Positions 11,276-22,682 of a stretch of DNA of 64,000 nt are shown here, piece by piece (position 1 is the stretch's first letter; each line of letters starts with the position of its first letter). Source of the DNA: Eutreptiella sp. 'Long Island Sound 2002' (lineage: Eukaryota; Protista; Euglenida); the NCBI GenBank assembly GCA_964036045.1, contig OZ038378.1, forward strand, positions 29,946,001 to 30,010,000, written 5' to 3'. The notes under the pieces were generated by a model. It searched no databases. It saw only the letters and a program-made list of their open reading frames with translations, and was not told where the DNA came from. A program made the translations under genes and the position numbers.

Positions 11276-12358
11276 CTACAACTGGTACAACCTCTGGAAG
11301 TGCACCGTGACACGCTCCATAAGCTCACCCTTCCCCCCGCTGACACTCAAACCATGCTTCCTACAAATGGCCTTAAACTCAACTTTAGTCCAGTCATGCA
11401 ATTTCCCCCTCTCCATTGCCTTCAACACCGCCTCATCCACATCATACGCGAACACCAACTGCGCGGCAGGGTTAGAAGAGGTAGAGGGGACAGCTGATGG
11501 GTTACAAAGGTCGGAAGAGGAGCTACTAGCAACTTCACCTGGCTGCTCCAAATCCTCGTCCTCACTATCTTTGTCCTCACCCTCCAACCCAACCCCATAC
11601 ACATCGCCAATATCGGCGTGACGAGTTGCCCTCTTCGGGACAACCCACAAATCTTGAATGTTCAAATGAACCTCTGCCTGAGCATCCTCTTCGAAAGAAA
11701 TTGGCAAATCCTTGAAAGCAACAAACCCAAGCAAACCACCATCTTCCACCTCAACCGCATGCCCTTGCTTCCGTTTGCGCGGGCGGAAAGGGGTCTTCCG
11801 GAGATCATGAAACACCTCAAAGGGCCCCCAATCCTCTGGTGCCTCCCCATTGCACCTTACCCAAAGTGTCTCACACATGCACTCCGTGCTTTGGCCAAAG
11901 TCAGTAGCCGTCACGTAGCTAAACACTCTACACGAACACGAGCTTGCCTCAACCCAATCCTCCGCTGTAGCACTAACATCCCACTAAGTTCCATTGAAGC
12001 GTGTTAGGACATCTTCAATCAGAGTGCGAAGAAACTTCATCTGGCTACCCTTGATGAGGCTACTCCCTACGTCAACACCCAACGATTCGTCCCTCCCCGC
12101 TGGAATGACATGACGCATGGTGTGCAACAGCTGTGTGCACATCACGTTCATCAAACCCTCGACGGCGGCGACTCGTGCCCCCCTGGTCGCTTGAACTTTC
12201 TTGTTTGTGGCACAAACCACAGCAAAAGCATCACAAAAAAAAAACAGCCGTGAACTTGAAAAGGGGGTGCGAAAGTGCATTGAATAAGTCCTAGGCCTTC
12301 TCCCTACGCCCCAGGTCAGCCTCAATGATAATGTACTCGGGTAGGTGTAGGAGAACAA
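11276..12358 (-). pseudogene. Disrupted ORF ending in a SAP domain
   Basis: ORFs 11984-12358 and 11276-11926 are in frame across one TAG. Acidic linker, then WTKVEFKAICRKHGLSVSGGKGELMERV, a SAP-type pattern. Confidence 0.55.
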
Positions 12359-12589
12359 CAGGAAGATTCTCTAGAAAGATATCCAGCTAATGGGTACCTA
12401 CTCCCATCGCTCTGCGGCGGGTGCATTCATTTTGGTTTAGGTTTCGGCACACACAGCTTTGGGTTTGGGCACCACTTGCTGCTTCAAATCTCATATGGGG
12501 AGCCGTGCCACCAACGAGTTGCCTAAAAAGTGCATGCACATGCGCGCAACAAACAAAGCGTGGACCGTGGGTCCCTGAAACCAAGCGCA

Positions 12590-14030
12590 GAGGGCAGAAT
12601 CAGATCGGGGGGCAAAATCACAAGTGACCCACAAGTGGGCAAGATGGCTACATAACCTCTGCCGCCTGGGGGGTCCCCACCGCTTCTGAGCGGGGGGGGC
12701 AGAATCAGAAGTGGCCCACAAGTGGGCAAGGTGGCTACATAACCCCTGCCGCCTGGGGGATCCCCACCGCTTCAGAGCGGGGGGCAGAATCAAAAGTGGC
12801 CCTCAAGTGGGCAAGGTGGCTACCTGACCCCTTTTTCAGGCGCCCAAAAGAGGGCGGAATTGCTACGTAACCCCTTCTTTCTCGGGGATCCCCCAAAAGG
12901 GGGGATAGACATGGCCCACGTTGGGCCGGCGCAAAAAGGCCTCTAGGCGGCGGTCCTTAAGGGCGGTCTTTAACAAAAAAAAATCTCGTCCCTTAAGGAC
13001 CGCCCTGGCTCCATTCCTTTGGTGTCCGGGGCGGTCCCCAAAAATTCGTCTTCTTTGTCCAACACAAGTAGTGCACCACATGGTTGCAGTAAAAAAAGGG
13101 GTTGCACCGCTTTGGAAAAGAGATTGCAACACATCCTGCGCAGATGAGCCAATCTGTGGGTGTTGCTCAAGGATGGTTGTGGCACGCTTTGTAACCTTTT
13201 CGCAAACCTTTTTGAGATCAACACCATTTGTTGCTTTACATTTCATCAAGGGGACCGCCCCTACGACAACTTACCTAAAAAAAACCACATGCATACGAGC
13301 AAAAGAAAGGGCAATAAAGGGAGCAAAATCAGAAGTGGTCCCCAACAAAGGGGAATCAAATCAGAGTCCCTAACCCCAACTCAAGGGGCCACGCAACAAA
13401 GCGTGGATTGCGAGTCCCTAACCCCAACTCAAGGGGCCACGCAACAAAGCGTCGATCGTGAGTCCCTAACCCCAATTCAAGGGGCCACACAACAAAGCGT
13501 GGTTTGCGAGTCCCTAACACCAACTCACGGGGCCACGCAATAAAGCGTGTATTGCGAGTCCCTAACCCCAACTCAAGGGGCCACGCAACAAAGCGTGGAT
13601 TCGGAGTCCCTAACCCAAACTCAAGGGGCCACACAACAAAGCGTGGCAGTAAAAAAAAAAAAAGGAAAGAAACTGGGAGGCAAAATGTGTTCCCCAACAA
13701 AGAGGGACAAAATCAGAAGTGGTTGCCTCACCCTTGCCTTCTCGGGGGCCCAAACAACCATACTCGCGCCTACCATACTTGGGGATCCCCAAATAAAGGG
13801 GGACAAAATCAGAATTGGCTCCTTCACACCTGACTTCTTGGGATTCCACAAGTGGGCGGAAATGCTATGTCACCCTTGCATTCTCGGGATCCCCAAAACA
13901 ACGGGGGACAAAATCAGAATTGGCTCCCTCAGCCCTGCCTTCTCGGGGGCCCAAAAGAGGGCGGAAATGCTACTCCACCCTTGCATTCTAGGGGGTCCCT
14001 AGCCAAGGGGACAAAATCAAAAGTGGTTGA
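12590..14030. repeat. Composite repeat family (CAAAATCAGAA..CCCCTGCCTTCTCGGGG units of about 60-110 bp); further copies near 14580-14700, 15100-15150, 16080
   Basis: Recurrent caaaatcagaa(g/t)tggc and ttctcggg(g)atcccc motifs read directly. Confidence 0.75.
13364..13647 (+). repeat. Minisatellite, 6 x 48 bp (GAGTCCCTAACCCCAACTCAAGGGGCCACGCAACAAAGCGTGGATTGC)
   Basis: Unit starts at 13364, 13412, 13460, 13508, 13556, 13604. Isolated related units near 15015 and 44980-45050. Confidence 0.95.
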
Positions 14031-15893
14031 ATTGGGGGCAAGGACAAAACTTTGGATGTGCAGTCCAAAAGAATACCACCAAAAAATGTTTTCGCAGAAG
14101 TGGTGTGTCTGCGTCGAAAAACACCCTTAAAAACCCCCCACAGACCATTTTTAAAACACGGGGGGGGGGGGTTCCAAAACCCCCCACGCTATCGGATTTC
14201 TCAGAAACCCCCCCCCCCTAGCTAGCCCTGTGGGCATGGAGCTGATGCGAAAAGCTTTTTTTTTGACCCTCTGTGTGCGTTTGGAATCCTGATTTGGGAT
14301 GTGGGTACTTGGCCATATGGGCTGCTTTATCATCTCTCATGTGCACAATGTGCAACGCATATGAATAGAGTTTGCCATACTCACGTACCACCATGTCCAA
14401 GTGGGGCATTTGGTGAAACCTAGTATGTACGTAGCAAATACTAGTAAAATGTAGCAAAACCTAGTAAATATTTTCCGTTTAAATTTTTTTTTGAAAAAGT
14501 TTTTTTTTACTAGGTAAAAAAAGCAAAATTTTGAAAAAAAATTTCCTTACTAGGTCAATTCCCGGGGGGGGGGGGGGGTTGCAAAGGGGGACAAAATCAG
14601 AATTGGCTGCCTAACCCCTGCCTTCTGGAGGGCCCACAAGTGGGCGCAAATGCTACGTCACCCCTGCATTCTCGATGATCCCCAACAAAGGGGACAAAAC
14701 AAAAACACAAAAAAAAACAAAAACAAAGATTCCCCCATGATGTCTATGACTCAGCCACAGGGTCAACAGATTACCCCCAATGGGGTTTGAACCCAGGACC
14801 TTCCACTTGCAAAGGCACTGCTTTACCCATTAGGGTATGAGTCATTTCTGTAGTTTATATGCACAGGGGTGGTATTGATATTTGGGCCAATTTGGTTTGC
14901 ATCCATTATTTGGTTCTCCTGAAAAAACTGAGTATTTTGAGTATAGACACATGGGTGAAGACCCATTTTTTCGCCCTCTACTAGTTCAAGCAAAATTCCC
15001 ACCTGTGAATTGTGAGTCCCTAACCCCAACTCGAGGGGCCACGCAACAAAGCGTGGGGATCAAAAGAAAAAGGAAAGAAGGTGGGAAGGGGAGCAAAAGC
15101 AGAAGTGTTCCTCAACAAAGGGGAACAAAATCAGAAGTGGCTGCCTCACCCCTACCTTCTCGGCCAAACCATCCCCCGAGGCCCCCCCCCCATCCGATGT
15201 GTAATACTTGGGGGCTCGGCCACCCCTTGGTCCCTTGACCCCCGGTTGGTACGTCCAGTCTAACCCACATGGCTTTGTGTATTTCTTTAATTTTCCTTAC
15301 TCCAAATTCCCCCCAAGTGTCCGCTGAGCGCTCACAAAGTAAGTCAAGGGTAAGTGACAGTCCCGGGTTTGGGTTTAAGGCCAGGTTGCCCTATCCTCTT
15401 CGCTGTCCGGGTACAGCGCGGTGGCAGGGGAACAAGTCCCACGCCTTACCCCTTCCCTACCTCACAGTAGAATGGGTGCTTTGTGTTGTGGAGGCGTGCC
15501 TCCAGGATGTGGATTCCCAGCAGTGCAGTGTTTGGTATATGGGGGGGGGGATGAAGGGCGGGGGTGCCATAAAGGCTGTGTACGTGTGCCAGGTGGTACT
15601 TCCAGGTGTACACACCGGTTTGAGTTTCCACGAAGATCTTGTCCACATTGCGTTTCCACAGACAGTGGGAAGTGGGTGAGAGTGGAACAGTTGTACCTCT
15701 GCCTAGGAGTACTGCTTCTGCCCTCTGCATTCACAGGAAACCTTTCCCAAGACCGTGAAGCTTGGAAGTTGCTCACCAGCACCATATGTGGGACAACCCC
15801 CCCCCCCCCAAGTAGCCTTGTCACCATGCTCCCATTTCGAACCTTGAAATTCCATTTCCATTCTTCGATTTCCATGGGGCGTGTGGATGTATT

Positions 15894-16055
15894 GAAGATA
15901 ATAAATCTACCGCCCTCCGAAAACGGCCCAAATGGCCGAAGATAATAAATCTACCGCGCTCCGAAAACGGCGACAATGGCCGAAAATAACAAATCTACCG
16001 CCCTCCGTAAGTGGCCAAAGTAGCCAAAAACAATAAATCTACCGCCCTCCGAAAG
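15894..16055 (+). repeat. Tandem repeat, 4 x 44 bp (GAAGATAATAAATCTACCGCCCTCCGAAAACGG...)
   Basis: Unit starts at 15894, 15938, 15982, 16026. Confidence 0.9.
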
Positions 16056-16151
16056 TGAAAAGCCCCTCAGAGCGGGGGACAATATCAGAAGTGGCCAACA
16101 AGTGGCCCGAAAGTTTTACAGCCTAGTTCTTTTGTTTTTGGCGGTTTTGGG

Positions 16152-16355
16152 ACCTAGTAAGAAAAAAAACTTTTTTTTTACTCGGTTGTGAAACCTAGTA
16201 AAAAAAAACTTTTTTTTTTACTAGGTTCTGAAACCTAGTAAAAAAAAAGTTTTTTTTTACTAGGTTCCCGATACCTAGTAAAAAACTAGTGAACCTAGTA
16301 AACTGTTACCTAGTAAAAAAAAACTTTTTTTAAAAAACTTTTTTTTACTAGGTTT
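16152..16355. repeat. Array of ACCTAGT-A(n)-C/G-T(n)-ACTAGGT hairpin units; related cluster at 14420-14556
   Basis: Self-complementary units at about 40-bp period (16152, 16193, 16233). Confidence 0.85.
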
Positions 16356-17534
16356 AACTGCAGACCCGTCCAAGTGCAGCAGGGTAGCGCTTTTTTGTCC
16401 CCTTCTTGGCCTTAGGCACTCTTGCTTCGCAAGTCTTGTTGGTTTGTGTTGTGGATGGCCACAACATCAAAGAGATTGGTTGCAAAAAGTCCCATTCTTG
16501 AGAAGCTCTGCATTCTCATGCGGCCGCAACAGCCGCCCACATGCACAGAATTGTGAGCTAAGCTGAGGCAAGATGACGTGCTTGTGGGGTGCTCCTCCGT
16601 TCTGACTCCTTGAGGGCTCCTCTTGGCTCCTGGCTTCTCTCAGAGCCCGCCCAGGGTGCGGCAGAGCCGTCCTGGAGCCGGGAGGGCTTCACCATCATTG
16701 CTGAGTGTGCAAGAAGAGGTTTCAGAGAGTTTTAGTGCTGCGGCTGTGTGCTGTTTGCCTTTGGATTTGCCGCTAGCCTGTGGTGGGGCGTTGGCAATCA
16801 CCACCATATCACCATTCAACAACCAACTGCCACTCCAAGAATAACGGGGGGGTTGGCACGAGGCCATGGGACTAAGGGGGTGGGGGGGAGGAAAATGTGA
16901 AATGTGGAATGGCAAAATTGGGCGCAGAGAAAATCTAGGCTGAATTCTTAAATATTGCTGGAAAATGTGCCACAAAATTTCCAGATTGTGGCACAAGAAC
17001 ATGCCGACCGTGAATGGTGGTTGTTATTTCCTATGAGCCTTTGGTTGGCTGCTGTTATTTCTTGGAGACTTCTGGGGGCTGGTTTCTTGGATGCTGGATC
17101 CCTGTAGAGCAAAATGCGCGGGCACAATGGGAATGTGCATGCCAAGCGAGTTGCAAATGACACCTGGAAAAACGGCGCCGGACCTTACAATACCATGGCA
17201 CAATTTGGCACACTTTTGCTGTGCCAAATTGTGGCATTCCAAGTTTCATCATTCCCAATTTCGCATGTTCCCTATTCCCCCCCTCCCCGGTAGGTGGGCA
17301 GGGCTGGCCCACATCCCGGGAAGATGCCTCTGCTCGTTCTGTAAAATGCGCGTCACGTGCTGTCTTTTGCGCGTCAGCTTCGTGTTGACTGCACATTGGA
17401 TACCGTCGGGTGCTGCTATGTGCTGGTCGTGTGCTGCGTCCGGGTGGGTGTCGGGTGCTGTCGAATTGCGCGCGGTGGTGCGCGCGACTCCTGGACGCCT
17501 CGTCTGCGCCTCGCCCGTGCCGGGCTCGCCACAC

Positions 17535-17751
17535 CTTCGCCTCGTCTGCAACGATGTACAGCGGCGGGCTCGCGAAAGTCACGCGGGACAAGTGCTGCAG
17601 CGCCGCGTTGTTGGTGGCGGAGAACATCATCGTCTGACGTGTAGAGGGCAGCCTCTCCAGAATCTCATCAATGTCGCGCTGAAACCCGTCAGCCAGCAGC
17701 CGGTCCGCCTCATCAATGATGAGGCACCGCAGCCCTTTGTATTTCCAGCCG
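17535..17751 (-). CDS. DEAD-box RNA helicase (HAS1/DDX18-like), exon 5
   Basis: GWKYKGLRCLIIDEADRLLADGFQRDIDEILERLPSTRQTMMFSAT (motifs II and III). Acceptor tctgcag, donor GTGTGG; phase matches exon 4. Confidence 0.92.
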
Positions 17752-18288
17752 CTGCAGACACAAGCGTGCGCTGAGGGGTACCCTTGAACACGCTGTGCAG
17801 ATGCAGTCAGAGGGCAAAGCATATGAGGGACTGACATCACGGAGGGTCCCATAAAGGCTGAGTAGGTGTGCTGGTTGAAGGCAAAATACGAGGACCGTGT
17901 GGATTGACCCCAGCTGACCCAGAGCGACCGGGACAATGCAAAGGAAACCCGTGGCGTGAAGTGAAGAATGCGTGGCTGCATGGCACGCAGTTCCAGCAGT
18001 GAAAAAGTGATTTAGGGTTCCCACTCGAAAACCCCGCGAGCCCTTGGCGCCATGACTGAGACTCAACATGTAGCGAAGTTGAGGGCATCGGAGCAGAGCC
18101 TGGCAGACCGCGGTTACACCGCGAGTAAAAAATGTTAGCATTATTCAAATACTTCAACTCACGATTCCATGTTCTTGGATTTACTTGCGGTTGAAACACC
18201 CATACACTTGCGGTTACAACGTCCGTTTGATTGACGTTGCAACCGCAAGTAAAGGGTGTTGTAACTGGACGTTGTGACCGTAAGTAAA

Positions 18289-18968
18289 CCATGGGGGAGG
18301 GGGGCGACTCCTCGGGTTTGGACGCCCGGGGGGGGGGGGGGGTTGTCACAAGGCCTCGGTATCCCCCGGGGGGGGGGGGTCCAGGTGGGGCGATTTGGGG
18401 TGGGGTGGGGGGGTTTGGCACAAGGCCTGCGGTGGGGTGGGGGGGGGGGGGCATGCCCCCAAGGCCAAGCGTTGGTCAATCACAGGCTCCCCTTGCCTCC
18501 CCTTGCCCTCCCTCTAACCATGCCATCACCCTAAACCTAACCCTATCGTTTAGTCCATGCCAGCCATGTTGAGTAGGCTGAACAAGATCCCCCAAATTTC
18601 GTTCATGGCTGCTTTTGCCACATGATTGCTGTCCATTTTGGACCCCAAAACGAACCTAGTGTAGGGTTAGAGCTAGAGCTAGGGCTAGGGCTAGGGCTAG
18701 GGCTAGGGTTAGATTAAGGGTTAGGACTAGGCTGAGGGTTGGGGTGGGCGTTAGGGTCAGGGTTGGGTTTAAGGATAGGAGTGGACAAAAGGTTCCTTCG
18801 CGTGCCTTTGGTGCCCATGGAGTGTCGGGCACCATCGGCGCCCATGGACTCCTGAGGGCGGCAGGTATAGCAACTAACTATTGGCCAGAGGCCCCCTTTG
18901 GGGGGGGGGGGGAGGCGGGCAGTTCGGGTCCTAGGACCCATGGAGTAGCCCCCCCCCCCCCCCCAGGA
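18289..18968. mobile_element. MITE-like element with G-rich TIRs and a (TTAGGG/CTAGGG)n core
   Basis: Imperfect TIRs GGGGGGCGACTCC..GGGT..GGAC. The interior is clearly homologous to 33553-35380. Confidence 0.7.
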
Positions 18969-19645
18969 ATAAATGGACGTTGCAACCGCAAGTAACCGGA
19001 CGTTGTGACTGCTCGTAAATGGACACTGCAACCGCGAGTCAATGGATGTTGCAGCCACAAGAAAATGGACGGTCAACGTCCATTTACAACGTTGAACTCG
19101 GCGCAATTGCAAGTAATGATGCGAATAATATGATCTGTTGTACTCAATTCCCGCAGACCCACAGAACAAGTGTTGCACATGTGCTCGCATGGAACCAGAG
19201 CACCCCCTCCTCCCCCAAAAGCTACAAGACGAAGAAGGATGTGCACCTCTATCAAACAGAGGAAGTGCCATGAGGCTCCGTCCACAGTGAATTTTACGTT
19301 TGCTCGTGCCCCGTACCACAACAAAAAACACCATAACTTATTTGTGGTGTGCCGCAGAGTGTTGGAGGATTTGGCTCTGTGGGTTTGGTCCACCCCAAAG
19401 AGGCCACGACATGATACATGTTGATACGTGCTGCCACAACGGCGGACGATATTGACAATTGTGGGCACTTGTTGACACATGGTGGCACTTGCTGACCGTT
19501 GACACTTGATGACACATCGTCAGAAGATATTGAAACATGTTCACCAGACTCTCACAATTGCTATTGTGCCAGGGCAAGGGATACCACTCCCCCACAGCCT
19601 CAAATGCCGCGCCGCGGCTGATTAGCAATGCAGAGAAGGAGGCTG

Positions 19646-19662
19646 GTGTGTGTGTGTGTGTG

Positions 19663-19737
<75 letters not shown>

Positions 19738-19740
19738 GTG
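19646..19740. repeat. (GT)n(TCTG)n microsatellite
   Basis: Direct reading. Confidence 0.98.
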
Positions 19741-20385
19741 ACGCCCAGGTATTTTCCACAGCAACATGGCGCTCGCTATCATACACTACCCTGCCCCCCC
19801 CCCCCCCCCCCGAAATCACCCCCCTTCTGTGATGACAGTTCCCCCCCAGGGGGTTGGGGGTTGGGGCCAGTCATGATGTGACGGTTCCCCTCCGGGAGGG
19901 GGGGGGGGAGGATTGCACCACAAAACTGTACCACAGTATCATAGTGTAAATCAGCTTCGGCGCCTTTGGCGCCTTGTAAAACTTTTCTTCAGCGCCTGGT
20001 ATTTGCTGTGCTTTTTGGGCCAAGTGACCGTTCCCCCCCAGGGGGCAGGGGGAATTGCAAGAGGGGCGGGGGGGCAGCGTAATTGTACAGCTACTGCAGC
20101 AACGTATGTCTGTGTGTGTGTGTGTGTGGGTGGGTGGGTGCTGAGGTATGCATTCCTCCTTGCAAAGCCAGATTCATAGGTACCCACAGGGCAATCCCAT
20201 GACCTACTCAATTTAGCGATTGCCCTGGTGTGTGTGCGGGAGGGGGGGGGGGGGGGCTGGATGAACCATATACAAATCCGGGTGTGGAGGAGGGTACTAC
20301 TTGGGACCAGTGTCTTGCGTAAGGGGGAGGGGCTGGAGGAGGCACTACAGAGGCAAGTCTGAGACTGGGCCTGGGTGGTGCAGAC

Positions 20386-20456
20386 CTGCAATGCATCAGA
20401 TGGTCCAGAAGACGACCCGGTGTCGCGATGACTATGTCCACTCCGCTTGACAGAAG
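20386..20456 (-). CDS. DEAD-box helicase exon 4
   Basis: LLSSGVDIVIATPGRLLDHLMHC (motif Ic). Acceptor gtcacag, donor GTCTGC; in phase with both neighbours. Confidence 0.92.
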
Positions 20457-22682
20457 CTGTGACACGTGACGCATGCACACCCTGACCGCGCTGCAGGGCC
20501 GTTTGTTTTGGATCGCGCTGCTCTCCTTTATGTCCGCACTTTGGCATTAGGAAGGATGCCAAAGGTGCCCAAAAGGGTGCGGGCATGGGCGCAGGGGGGG
20601 GGGTCCACAGGGCCACGCGTCCCTGGCGCTTCATTGACGCTTCTGTACACCTCCCTTGGCCAGATAGGCCACGCATGTCACCATGCACTTGCCTCTAGGG
20701 CAACCTTGGCCTCTGTGCCTGAGGCTGTGGATAAGCAGGCCTGCAAAGGAATCTTCTGCCTCAGTCAATTCGCACTATGTGGGCGCGGGTGCACGGTGCA
20801 CACCGTTTTGGGCAATCGCATCCCCCCAAACGGACCCCCACAACAAAACGATTGATGTACAACATATAGATATCCACATGCATTCGTACATTAAGCTAAG
20901 CAACAATGCTGAACATCAAATATTGCCCACAAAATCAGCCCCGATGGCACCTTTGACAGAATGTCAACTCACAGGAAGCAGAAATCTGCACACCAGGGCT
21001 GGCACAAAGTTGACAAGTTCAGAGTTTGTGAAATATCAACCTCTTTAGATGGCACCTAGGGACCTTTCTAAGAACACAGCCCCTCGGGAACATGTAGCCA
21101 TAGGCCTTAAGGCTAATACTTGAATTTTCTGTTATTCACAAACTGTTCCATGTGAGCAACACGCACGTAGTCTCATGCAATTCCTGCTAACCACCCTACC
21201 AAACGTTACACACAACCTTCCACTGCCACAATTGTGCAAAGATGTGCTGCACTAGGGCACGATACCAACCGTGCACATCGTTGTTATCGTGTTGCATGTT
21301 AGTCAACTTCCCTATTCCCCAAAAAGGCATCACTGCATGAATGTGTCCCTTGCATGCCCTTGGGAAGAAGTTAAGGGTGATGGGGATGGGCATCAAATGT
21401 GGAACTCGAGGTGGTGCAGTGCAACAGCTTCATGAATCACTGCCTTCCCATTCACCTCATATTGTATGCATAGGTAATCATCACGGCGTTGTGAGCGGCC
21501 CAGAATAGTAGCACGAACCGATCCATTGCACTACTGCGGTTGTACAAGACAAGGGTATCGGCGCGAACCCAAGACAATGACATTGTGTTGCTGAGCTATA
21601 GACCAGAGAATAGCATTTACAATGCATTTCTCACGGCATGTAGGGTGAAATGGGGTATCACCTCAGTAGCCTAGCACCTTGCGGGGCAACAACAAAGAGG
21701 ACAATGGTGTTAGGTAAATCATCTAAATAAAAAAGGAAAACGGTGTGCGCACGGTGCTTGCACGGTGTGTGCCGCTCCCCGTATGGCAGCCGTTTAGCAC
21801 CTTTGGCAATCCATGGAATGGCACCCTCATGCAATCCTTGTTGGAACGTGTGCAGGCTGGGGAGCGGGGGGCAAGGATGCATGGAAGGGGGTAGGAGGAT
21901 GAAGGGGGGGAGGTGGTGGGTTTGCACGATTTGCACCCGCACCAGGTTGGCCAGGAGCATGGCTCATGACCACCCATCCCATTGTTGACCACCGACTATC
22001 CGGGGGTGCCGGGGGGCGGGGTGGGCACTCACTCTTTCCCTGCCAGCCAAGGCAGATTGAAGTGAAAGAGGAAATGGTTCTGGTGGCAGGGGGCTCAAAG
22101 CTCCCCTCGCGCAAGTTGCGTACTCCAAAGGTCGTAGCTCCTTGTGAGGCCACACTCTAGTGAGGTCCACGCCGAAATAATTTGTGCCCGACAAAAATGG
22201 GGAGAGCTGTGGTATAGCGAGTGCTGTGACTCCCATAGGTTGGGGTGCACCCAAAAGCAAAATACTTGACTGGCATTGTGAGGGAGAGCCACCACCACAT
22301 GGTGAGATCGGAAAATCCCAATGGCTGGGGGGCAGTTGTAGAAGTTACCACTGGCAGGGATGAATCCGCCGACCCCTCACGTGTACATCTTGTGCTGTGA
22401 CTATTGACCTTGCAATGGTTGTTTGGCCCTACACAGAGACCTTGTTTCTATCTGCCACTACACCTAGCAAGGGAGAGACACCGCATGGCAAGTCCAACAA
22501 CTCCCAAGGGATGTGTGTACCTCATGGAAGAGCCACGCTACAGCGAGTCCTGTGACCCGCATAGGTCGGGATGCACACGATGTCTACAAGCAAGCACTGT
22601 GAGGGAGTGTCGCCGCACAACAAGCCTAATGACTCCCAAGGTTCAAGTGGAACTCTGGTTGTGGAGCGCATCTAGAGAAACG

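Noticed and set aside
13160-14130. ORFs with ESLTPTQGATQQSV repeats
   Set aside because: Translation of the 48-bp minisatellite, open on both strands.
1-17534. Remaining helicase C-domain exons
   Set aside because: No motif IV-VI peptides found in the ORF track. Very short exons could have been missed.
18660-18730. Chromosome end or true telomere
   Set aside because: Short, degenerate, and internal to a MITE present twice.
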